A stretch of DNA of 64,000 nucleotides, taken from NCBI GenBank assembly GCA_947457615.1, contig CANGWK010000001.1, positions 79,044 to 143,043 of the forward strand, written 5' to 3'. Under the pieces are notes generated by a model. That model had not been told where the DNA came from. It worked only from the letters and a program-made list of their open reading frames with translations, and did not search any database. How positions within the stretch are numbered: position 1 is the first letter of the stretch; the number at the start of each line of letters is the position of its first letter. This stretch comes from Flavobacteriaceae bacterium. Its GTDB lineage: Bacteria > Bacteroidota > Bacteroidia > Flavobacteriales > Flavobacteriaceae. The position numbers and the translations under genes are program-made. Of this stretch, positions 38,463-46,057 are shown in pieces.

Positions 38463-40142
38463 TTAAACAATTGGAACATTCAGGTTACTGTTCTTGCGGC
38501 TGTATGCAAAATAAATTATTAATCCAATAACTAACCAACAACCAAACCACATCCAATTGGAAACAGCCATTCCAGTAAGTAAATAACAACAAGAAACTAA
38601 TCCTAATAGCGGAATTAAAGATAAATTTTTGATGAAAGATAAAAATACCATTATTAAACAAACTAGTAAAAAAACTAACATTGGAAGATTAGTTGCTATT
38701 TTACCATCTGAAAAATCTAATATATCTGTAAAAAAAGAAGGCACGTATCTTAATGTTAAAGAAGTTCCAATTAGTGCTATTAGAGGGAAAATATACTTAG
38801 AATTAACATATGGAATTCTAAATTTTCCTTTAGTAGCTCTTTCTGCAAGTTCTGATTCACTTTGAGGTGATAGCATCAAAACACCACCACAAACTAAAAC
38901 AAAAGCGAACAAGGTTCCAATTGATGTAAAATCCAATACAAAGTTTTCATCTGTAAAAAATATTGGAATTCCAACGACCAAACCTGTAATAATTGTAGCA
39001 AATCCTGGTGTTTTATATTTTGGATGAATTTCTGAAAACTTCTTAGGCATTAATCCGTCACGACTCATTGTCATCCAAATTCTAGGTTGCCCCATTTGAA
39101 AAACTAATAATACACTTGTCATAGCCACTACAGCAGCTATTGACACAATAAACAACATCCATTTAACACCTTTTAATGCGAAAATTTCAGCTAATGGATC
39201 ACTCACTCCAAGCAATTGATAAGAAACCATCCCTGTAATTACTAAAGCTAAAATAATGAAAACAATGGTGCATATGATTAATGAATAAATCATTCCTTTT
39301 GGCAAATCTCGCTGAGGATTTTTACTTTCTTCTGCTAAAGTTGAAACAGCATCAAAACCAATATAAGCAAAAAATACTGCAGAAACACCTCCCATTACAC
39401 CGCTAAACCCATTAGGCATAAAAGGTGTCCAGTTATCAATATCAATATAAAAAGCACCAACCACAATTACTAATAAAATTATAGCTAACTTAATATAAAC
39501 CATAATGTTACTAAAATTCTTTGACTCTTTAGTTCCGCGATAAACCAAATAGGTAATAAGCAAATTAATAATTACTGCTGGTAAATCAAAAATTATTTTT
39601 AATCCTATAAAAACGGGTGCGTTCTTCCATGCCATCAAGCCTTCCATGCCTTTATTAGCGATAAATGCATCTTGTGCAGATTTATAATTAATTGTTAACC
39701 ATTCCGGTAAATGAAGACTGAATGTGTCTAACAAATTAGTAAAATAACCGCTCCATGAAAAAGCAATATAAATATTTCCTATAGAATATTCCATAATCAA
39801 TGCCCATCCAATTATCCAAGCGAAAATTTCACCAAAAGAAACGTAAGCATAAGTATAAGCACTACCTGAAACAGGAACTCGAGAAGCAAATTCAGCATAA
39901 CACATCGCAGTAAATCCGCAAGCAATGGCACACATAATATATAATAAAATAACAGCAGGACCACCAGAAAAGCAGGCGTTTCCAATAGCACTAAACGTTC
40001 CACCTCCAATAATAGCTGCTATTCCAAAAAAAGTTAAATCTTTAACGTTTAATACTTTATTTAAACCTGAATGATCACTATCTCCGCCTTCTTGAATGAT
40101 AACTTTTGTTGATTTTTTTCGAAATAAATTGGAAAAATTCAT
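38463..40142 (-). CDS. APC family amino acid permease
   Basis: GIAAIIGGGTF, GSAYTYAY, FFAYIGFDAVST, GLMPKKF; about 14 TM. ATG at 40142 preferred. Confidence 0.93.
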   Translation of the reverse strand: MNFSNLFRKKSTKVIIQEGGDSDHSGLNKVLNVKDLTFFGIAAIIGGGTFSAIGNACFSGGPAVILLYIMCAIACGFTAMCYAEFASRVPVSGSAYTYAYVSFGEIFAWIIGWALIMEYSIGNIYIAFSWSGYFTNLLDTFSLHLPEWLTINYKSAQDAFIANKGMEGLMAWKNAPVFIGLKIIFDLPAVIINLLITYLVYRGTKESKNFSNIMVYIKLAIILLVIVVGAFYIDIDNWTPFMPNGFSGVMGGVSAVFFAYIGFDAVSTLAEESKNPQRDLPKGMIYSLIICTIVFIILALVITGMVSYQLLGVSDPLAEIFALKGVKWMLFIVSIAAVVAMTSVLLVFQMGQPRIWMTMSRDGLMPKKFSEIHPKYKTPGFATIITGLVVGIPIFFTDENFVLDFTSIGTLFAFVLVCGGVLMLSPQSESELAERATKGKFRIPYVNSKYIFPLIALIGTSLTLRYVPSFFTDILDFSDGKIATNLPMLVFLLVCLIMVFLSFIKNLSLIPLLGLVSCCYLLTGMAVSNWMWFGCWLVIGLIIYFAYSRKNSNLNVPIV

Positions 40143-40222
40143 ATATTTATATTTATTATTTGAATCAAAAAACAAATATAAGATAATATCAACGGCTTTT
40201 AAAATAAATAAAAATTCAAACT

Positions 40223-40237
40223 ATAGTAAAAAACTAT
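40223..40237. promoter_or_regulatory. Possible OxyR half-box upstream of ahpC
   Basis: ATAG-N7-CTAT exact; the second half is degenerate. -7 element TATTTTTG at 40291-40298. Confidence 0.4.
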
Positions 40238-40333
40238 TGTTTTATAAAAACATATAATCTAAGACAATATCATCTAGTGTTAATTATGCTTATTTTTGCT
40301 GTAGAATTAAATAATAACTTAAATTTATATATT

Positions 40334-40969
40334 ATGTCTTTAGTAGGAAAACAATTCCCAAACATTACAGTAGATGCTATCTCTTTTATGGGAGATAACT
40401 TAAGAATTAACGTTCTTGAAGAAGCAACAAAAAACAAAAAAAAGGTAGTTTTATTTTGGTATCCAAAAGACTTTACTTTTGTATGTCCAACAGAATTACA
40501 TGCTTTTCAAGCTGCTTTACAAGAATTTGAAAAAAGAAATACTATGGTTATTGGTGCTTCATGTGATACTAACGAGGTACACTTTGCTTGGTTAAATACA
40601 CCAAAAAACAATGGTGGAATTGAAGGAGTAACTTACCCAATATTAGCCGACACTACTCGTAACCTATCCGCAGCATTAGATATTCTTGATGCAGAATGGG
40701 TTTATGATGAAGAATTAAATGACGAAATTCTTGAAGGATCTAATGTAACCTTTAGGGCTACTTATTTAATTGATGAAGACGGGAAAATTTTCCACGAAAG
40801 TGTAAACGATATGCCATTAGGTAGAAACGTTCAAGAATACATTCGTTTAGTAGATGCATATATTCACGTTCAAACTAAAGGTGAGGTTTGTCCTGCTAAC
40901 TGGGAAGAAGGAAAAGATGCAATGAATGCAGATAGAAATAGTACTGCTTCTTATTTAGCTTCTCACTAA
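40334..40969 (+). CDS. ahpC: 2-Cys peroxiredoxin (AhpC-type)
   Basis: WYPKDFTFVCPTE, GRN, GEVCPANW. Confidence 0.93.
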   Translation: MSLVGKQFPNITVDAISFMGDNLRINVLEEATKNKKKVVLFWYPKDFTFVCPTELHAFQAALQEFEKRNTMVIGASCDTNEVHFAWLNTPKNNGGIEGVTYPILADTTRNLSAALDILDAEWVYDEELNDEILEGSNVTFRATYLIDEDGKIFHESVNDMPLGRNVQEYIRLVDAYIHVQTKGEVCPANWEEGKDAMNADRNSTASYLASH

Positions 40970-41048
40970 TCAATAACAAAAATCAATTGCATTGTCAAAA
41001 TCAAATAATTGAAGTTTGACATTGCAATTGATATTTAATCTTAAAAAT

Positions 41049-41357
41049 ATGTTTTCAGAAATAGAACAAGATAATTTAGCAGAAGTAGTTGCATCAAATG
41101 AAGTAGTTGTAGTTCAATATGCTGCGTCGTGGTGTGGAAACTGCAGAATAATGAAACCGAAATTTAAAATGTTGGCTTCGCAAAATGAGGGAGTTCCGTT
41201 TTTAATTGTAGATGCTGAAAAATTCCCAGAATCTAGAAAATTAGCTAAAGTAGATAATTTACCAACTTTTGCGACTTTCAAAAATGGTATTTTAGTAAAT
41301 CAAAGTCAAACCACTAAAGTGGAAGTTTTAACAGAATTAGTTAATGAAGTAGTTTAA
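41049..41357 (+). CDS. Thioredoxin
   Basis: WCGNC, LPTF. Confidence 0.88.
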   Translation: MFSEIEQDNLAEVVASNEVVVVQYAASWCGNCRIMKPKFKMLASQNEGVPFLIVDAEKFPESRKLAKVDNLPTFATFKNGILVNQSQTTKVEVLTELVNEVV

Positions 41358-41438
41358 AGAATTCAACTTCATAAAGGATTTAACTTATTAAGGATTTTGA
41401 AAACTTAGATTCTTAGAACCTATTTAAAAAAAATAAAA

Positions 41439-41696
41439 ATGAAATTACCTGTAATTAAACACTTAACTCAATTTATTGAGGATAATGACCAAGATTATAT
41501 ATTAGAAACTATTGAAGTTCTTGAAAATCTATGTGAAGTTTCTTCCCTGAAGGAGGAAGAACTGGAAGTAATTGGTGAGTTAATCTCTAATATGTATGGT
41601 GCTGTAGAAGTAAATAAAATGATTAAAGAAGGTAAAGAAAAAAAAGAAGCCTTAAATGATTTTATGAAAAGAGTTTTAGGATCTATAGATAAATAA
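41439..41696 (+). CDS. Small conserved helical protein (DUF6952-like)
   Basis: MKLPVIKHL..GELISNMYGAVEV..FMKRVLGSIDK; family recognised from memory only. Confidence 0.6.
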   Translation: MKLPVIKHLTQFIEDNDQDYILETIEVLENLCEVSSLKEEELEVIGELISNMYGAVEVNKMIKEGKEKKEALNDFMKRVLGSIDK

Positions 41697-41710
41697 GTTC
41701 ATTTAAATAC

Positions 41711-41755
41711 AAAAAAAAATCGCAAATAGAATAATTTTTATTTGCGATTTTTTTT
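41711..41755. terminator. Bidirectional terminator between convergent operons
   Basis: A9-TCGCAAATA...TATTTGCGA-T8. Confidence 0.85.
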
Positions 41756-41779
41756 AAACTATTTTTATTAAATATCTAC

Positions 41780-42811
41780 TTAATGATAATACTTTTTCTT
41801 CAACCAAAATGCTACATTTACCAAGATAATTAACGCCGGAACTTCAACTAAAGGGCCTATAACTCCCGCAAAAGCTTGCCCGCTATTGATACCGAAAACG
41901 CCTATTGAAACTGCTATTGCTAACTCAAAATTATTTCCGGAAGCAGTAAACGAAATGGCTGCATTGTCCCGATAATCGGCTCCTACTTTTTTACCTACAA
42001 AAAACATTAGTAAAAACATAGTAGCGAAGAAAATTACTAATGGAATTGCGATTCGAATAACATCCAATGGTAATTGCACAATCATTTCGCCTTTCAAACT
42101 AAACATTACCACTATCGTAAAAAGTAAAGCAATTAAGGTTATTGGAGATACAAATGGTAAAAACTTTTGGTTAAACCATTTATCGCCTAAGAATTTCTTT
42201 ATTAAAAATCGGCTAGTTACTGCTAAAGCAAATGGTATTCCCAGGTAAATTCCAACCGTTGTTGCAATTTGAGATATTGTTATGTTTAATTCTAATCCTT
42301 TAATACCAAATAAAGGTAGCATTATTTCTAAATAAAAATAGGCATACAAACTAAAAAAAAATACTTGCAACAAACTATTTATTCCAACCAAACCAGCAGT
42401 TAATTCCCTGTTTCCTTCGGCTAGCTCATTCCAAACAATGACCATTGCAATACATGGTGCCAATCCAATAATTATTAATCCGGTCATGTATTCGGGATAG
42501 TCTTTAAGGAAGAAAATGGAAAGTAAAAACATTAAAAAAGGACCTACAATCCAGGTTATTATAAAAGATGCCAATAGAATTTTTGGCTTCTTAAACATTA
42601 ACGGAATCTTACTGAAATCCACTTTAGTTAATGGCGGATACATCATTAAAATTAAACCAATTGCCAACGGAATATTAGTAGTACCCGTAGAAAATGAGTT
42701 GATAAAATTTGCCGAATTTGGAATAAAATACCCAATACCAACTCCGAGAAGCATTGCTAGAAATATCCAAAGGGTTAAAAATCTGTCAAGGAAATTAAGG
42801 TGTTTTTTCAT
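41780..42811 (-). CDS. acr3: ACR3 family arsenite efflux transporter
   Basis: FLDRFLTLWIF, LMMYPPL, GLAPCIAMV, GNNFELAIA, GPLVEVP. Confidence 0.95.
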   Translation of the reverse strand: MKKHLNFLDRFLTLWIFLAMLLGVGIGYFIPNSANFINSFSTGTTNIPLAIGLILMMYPPLTKVDFSKIPLMFKKPKILLASFIITWIVGPFLMFLLSIFFLKDYPEYMTGLIIIGLAPCIAMVIVWNELAEGNRELTAGLVGINSLLQVFFFSLYAYFYLEIMLPLFGIKGLELNITISQIATTVGIYLGIPFALAVTSRFLIKKFLGDKWFNQKFLPFVSPITLIALLFTIVVMFSLKGEMIVQLPLDVIRIAIPLVIFFATMFLLMFFVGKKVGADYRDNAAISFTASGNNFELAIAVSIGVFGINSGQAFAGVIGPLVEVPALIILVNVAFWLKKKYYH

Positions 42812-42851
42812 TTTAAAGTATTAAGAACATTTTATCAAAATAAATTAATTT

Positions 42852-43469
42852 TTAAATTGTAATAGTTATTTTAGAAAATACAAAATACATTTCGGATGCG
42901 ATTTCTAAACTGCGTTCGGCATATTTTTCATTCATTAAATCGGTTCCGTCAAAGGCTTTAGGGTCATTATATTTTATTGGAAATCGGGCTTCAGCACCAA
43001 AAACAATTGGACAACCTTCGTCGGCATTATTACATGTCATGATAGCGCCAAAGTTGTTTTTAGGATTAAATTCGTCATTATATGTTTTAGAAAAACATAT
43101 AATTGGCGCCTGATTTTCATTAAATTTTACAGCATAAACTGGATTATTTTCTTGACTTAATTTCTGAATTTGAAATCCTTGAATGCTTAAGGTTTCTGCT
43201 ACTTTAGGAAACATAGCTGTAGCCTCGGTGCCTCCTGAATAACAAAAAACTTTTGAGATCCCAAATTGATAAGCCATTGTTTGCGCCCATATTTGAGACA
43301 AATGACTTCTACGAGAATTGTGTGTGCAAATAAAATTTAATCGAATTTCTTGATTTATATCTACTTTACTTTGGATATAATCAATTAATGGTTTCAACAC
43401 TTCTTTTCGTTCTTCCGAAACAGAGATGTTAGAAATTAATTCTACTGTTTTTAATAAATTTGAATACAT
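42852..43469 (-). CDS. arsC: LMW-PTP-type (thioredoxin-coupled) arsenate reductase
   Basis: FICTHNSRRS (CX5R), SGGTE, MTCNNADEGCP, DPKAFD; located in the ars operon. Confidence 0.8.
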   Translation of the reverse strand: MYSNLLKTVELISNISVSEERKEVLKPLIDYIQSKVDINQEIRLNFICTHNSRRSHLSQIWAQTMAYQFGISKVFCYSGGTEATAMFPKVAETLSIQGFQIQKLSQENNPVYAVKFNENQAPIICFSKTYNDEFNPKNNFGAIMTCNNADEGCPIVFGAEARFPIKYNDPKAFDGTDLMNEKYAERSLEIASEMYFVFSKITITI

Positions 43470-43471
43470 AA

Positions 43472-44086
43472 TTAGTTTTTTTTAAAGGTGCAAAAAATAA
43501 AATTTTGAATAGTTTCAAATGGTGTTCGATGGTCTTCCGTAAAGCACTTGATTTTATTAAAATTGGTATTGAATATTCTCTCAAATTTAGATTCCGAATA
43601 TTGTATAACTTCAAGACCACTGCATTTTAAAGGTCCATTTTCAGAGAAAGTCCCAATGAATAAAAGGCCATTATTGGCAAGAGAATTGGAAACTAATTCT
43701 TGATAATTGTCTATTTCATTTTTGATAGTTAAGAAATGGAAACTTGCTCTATCGTGCCAAACATCAAAAGTAGTTTTTGGTTGAAAATCTAAAACATCTG
43801 AAACAATAAAAGTCACTTTTTCAGCTTCAATTCCTAACCTGATTTTTATTCTATCAATAGCATTTTGAGAAATATCTAATAAAAATAAATTACTAAATCC
43901 TAATTCTAACAAATTATCAATTAGGTAACTATCACCTCCACCAATATCTATTATTTTGGCATCTTTTGGAATGTCGTTGTCTAAAAAAAAATTAATTGAT
44001 GTTTGTGGTTTATTCTGAAACCAACTTACTTCTTTTTCTAGCTTAGAAGCAAAAACATTTTCCCAGTGTTCTTTTTTTAAAATCAT
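43472..44086 (-). CDS. Class I SAM-dependent methyltransferase
   Basis: HWENVF, VSWFQ, IIDIGGG, LLDIS, WHDRASFHFL, GPLKCSGL. Confidence 0.85.
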   Translation of the reverse strand: MILKKEHWENVFASKLEKEVSWFQNKPQTSINFFLDNDIPKDAKIIDIGGGDSYLIDNLLELGFSNLFLLDISQNAIDRIKIRLGIEAEKVTFIVSDVLDFQPKTTFDVWHDRASFHFLTIKNEIDNYQELVSNSLANNGLLFIGTFSENGPLKCSGLEVIQYSESKFERIFNTNFNKIKCFTEDHRTPFETIQNFIFCTFKKN

Positions 44087-44087
44087 A

Positions 44088-44564
44088 TTAACAACAATTG
44101 GAGTTCGGTGTACAACATGAATTTTCTTTTACCTTCCAATCCCCTATTTTGACTTTAAGTTTTTCTGGTGGAATACCGCATTTGTCTTTTGACAAACAAT
44201 CGGTTAATTTAGATACTAACTGAAATTTTGTTCCATCAAATTTTAGGTCAAATTTACCAATAGTTTCCTTCATTTGATATTCAACTTCAATTTCTAAATC
44301 AGAGATTTGCAATTTTTCTTCGGATAGTTCAATTATTTGAATAAATTTTTCAGAAAGCAAACGATGGTCAAAATCATTGGCTTCCCATAGTTGAAAATTA
44401 GCGACTTCTTCAAACCTAACAACTCCACCACAATCAATAAAATGTTTTGTTATTTTACCAACTTCGGTAATATGAAAATGACTTGGAACCAATTCACCAT
44501 CAGGTAATTGAAACGCAATTTGAGATAGTTTTTTTAATTCAGTTTTAATTTCAGATAGTCTCAT
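44088..44564 (-). CDS. DUF6428-like protein (ars-associated)
   Basis: VPSHFHITEVG, FIDCGG, IEVEYQ, TDCLSKDKCG, C-terminal SCCTPNSNCC. Confidence 0.7.
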   Translation of the reverse strand: MRLSEIKTELKKLSQIAFQLPDGELVPSHFHITEVGKITKHFIDCGGVVRFEEVANFQLWEANDFDHRLLSEKFIQIIELSEEKLQISDLEIEVEYQMKETIGKFDLKFDGTKFQLVSKLTDCLSKDKCGIPPEKLKVKIGDWKVKENSCCTPNSNCC

Positions 44565-44641
44565 TTTATATTATTTATAAGTTTAGATTGTTAGAAGTCC
44601 AAGAAAATCTATATTTCTAAGATAGTCTAACAAATTGTTTT

Positions 44642-44965
44642 TTAGCAACATTTGTTTTTTAATTGAATTGTAATAGAATTAAAATAATTCTCTATTTTTT
44701 TAATGATTTCTGGATTGATACAGTAACAAATTGCAGTTCCTTCAATAGTTCCTTTAATTATATTGGCATTTTTCAATTCCTTTAAATGCTGCGATATAGT
44801 TGGCTGCGCTAAAGGCAACTCGTTAACTATATCTCCGCAAATACAGCTATCTACAGATAATAAATAATCTACAATTGCTACTCTTGCGGGATGTGACAAT
44901 GCTTTAAATAAAGTTGCCATTTCTTTATTTTCTATAGAAAAAGATTCAGATTTAGATGCTCCCAT
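44642..44965 (-). CDS. arsR: ArsR/SmtB family repressor
   Basis: FKALSHPARVAI, CICGD, QPTISQHLKELK, YC, C-terminal CC. Confidence 0.93.
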   Translation of the reverse strand: MGASKSESFSIENKEMATLFKALSHPARVAIVDYLLSVDSCICGDIVNELPLAQPTISQHLKELKNANIIKGTIEGTAICYCINPEIIKKIENYFNSITIQLKNKCC

Positions 44966-44981
44966 GATTTTAATAATTACT

Positions 44982-45001
44982 ATATTGCAATATTACAATA
45001 T
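44982..45001. promoter_or_regulatory. Putative ArsR operator
   Basis: ATATTGCAATATTACAATAT, a 20-bp near-palindrome 17 nt upstream of the arsR start. Confidence 0.6.
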
Positions 45002-45128
45002 AATAACATTTTATCCAAAATAATAATGATAAATAGTAAGTGATATTCTTAAACAATATTCGTTAATTCATGTTCTAAATTCCTTAATATTTTTTACTAC
45101 TTTTGAACTTTATAAAAACACAAATAAA

Positions 45129-45626
45129 ATGGCTTCAATTACTTTAGGCGGAAACGCAATAAACACGAATGGTGAATTACCCTCAGTAGGAACTACCGCA
45201 CCCAATTTTCAATTAGTAAAAAACGATTTATCCGTTGTTTCGTTATCCGATTTCAAAGGAAGTAAATTAGTATTAAATATTTTTCCCAGTATTGATACAG
45301 GTACTTGTGCGACTTCGGTTAGAACTTTTAACTCTAATGCAAGCGCCTTAGATAATACCAAGGTTCTATGTATTTCTAGAGATTTACCTTTTGCTCAAAA
45401 ACGTTTTTGTGGTGCAGAGGGTCTTGAAAATGTTGTGAATTTATCTGATTTTAATACCGGTAGTTTTGGTAAAGATTATGGCTTAGAAATTGTTGATGGT
45501 CCTTTGGCAGGTCTTCATTCTAGAGTAGTTATAGTTTTAGATGAAAACGGTTCCGTAAAATATACTGAACAAATTAGCGAGATAGCAGACGAACCAAATT
45601 ACCAAGCTGCATTAGAATCACTATAA
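45129..45626 (+). CDS. tpx: Thiol peroxidase
   Basis: FPSIDTGTCA, SRDLPFAQKRFC, EPNY. Confidence 0.96.
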   Translation: MASITLGGNAINTNGELPSVGTTAPNFQLVKNDLSVVSLSDFKGSKLVLNIFPSIDTGTCATSVRTFNSNASALDNTKVLCISRDLPFAQKRFCGAEGLENVVNLSDFNTGSFGKDYGLEIVDGPLAGLHSRVVIVLDENGSVKYTEQISEIADEPNYQAALESL

Positions 45627-45636
45627 TATTTGTATT

Positions 45637-46008
45637 ATGGAATTTGAAAGAGATAGAAATTTTTTTACCGGTAGGTTTAAAAGTATTGGCTTTGCGTTAA
45701 AAGGAGCCCTAAAACTTATTACTACCGAGCACAGTATTATGGTGCAAACTTCTATTGGAACCTTAATGGTAATTGCTGGTTTTTACTTTCATATTTCTCA
45801 TGTCGAATGGATGATTCAAACTCTAGCAATAGGCTTTGTTCTAGGAGTAGAAGGAATAAATACAGCCGTTGAAAAAGTAGCCGATTTTATCCATCCTGAA
45901 TTTCATAAAAAAATTGGATTTATAAAAGATATTGCGGCTGGCGCTGTATTCTTTGCTGCATTAACTGCAGTTGCAATTGGCTGTATGATATATATCCCTA
46001 AAATATAA
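45637..46008 (+). CDS. dgkA: Diacylglycerol/undecaprenol kinase family protein
   Basis: EGINTAVEKVAD, KDIAAGAV; 3 TM. Confidence 0.85.
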   Translation: MEFERDRNFFTGRFKSIGFALKGALKLITTEHSIMVQTSIGTLMVIAGFYFHISHVEWMIQTLAIGFVLGVEGINTAVEKVADFIHPEFHKKIGFIKDIAAGAVFFAALTAVAIGCMIYIPKI

Positions 46009-46057
46009 GCATCTAAATATAAATCTTTATATTTATAGCATCTTTTTTAAATAAAAA

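Noticed and set aside
41358-41438. Short AAGGATTT repeats between trx and the small gene
   Set aside because: Only two 8-mers in AT-rich DNA; no array structure.
43472-44086. Calling the methyltransferase ArsM
   Set aside because: Too short and without ArsM's conserved Cys positions.
44575-44640. TTAGA/TCTAA imperfect inverted repeat between arsR and DUF6428
   Set aside because: Weak, low-complexity pairing; cannot be distinguished from common AT-rich intergenic filler.
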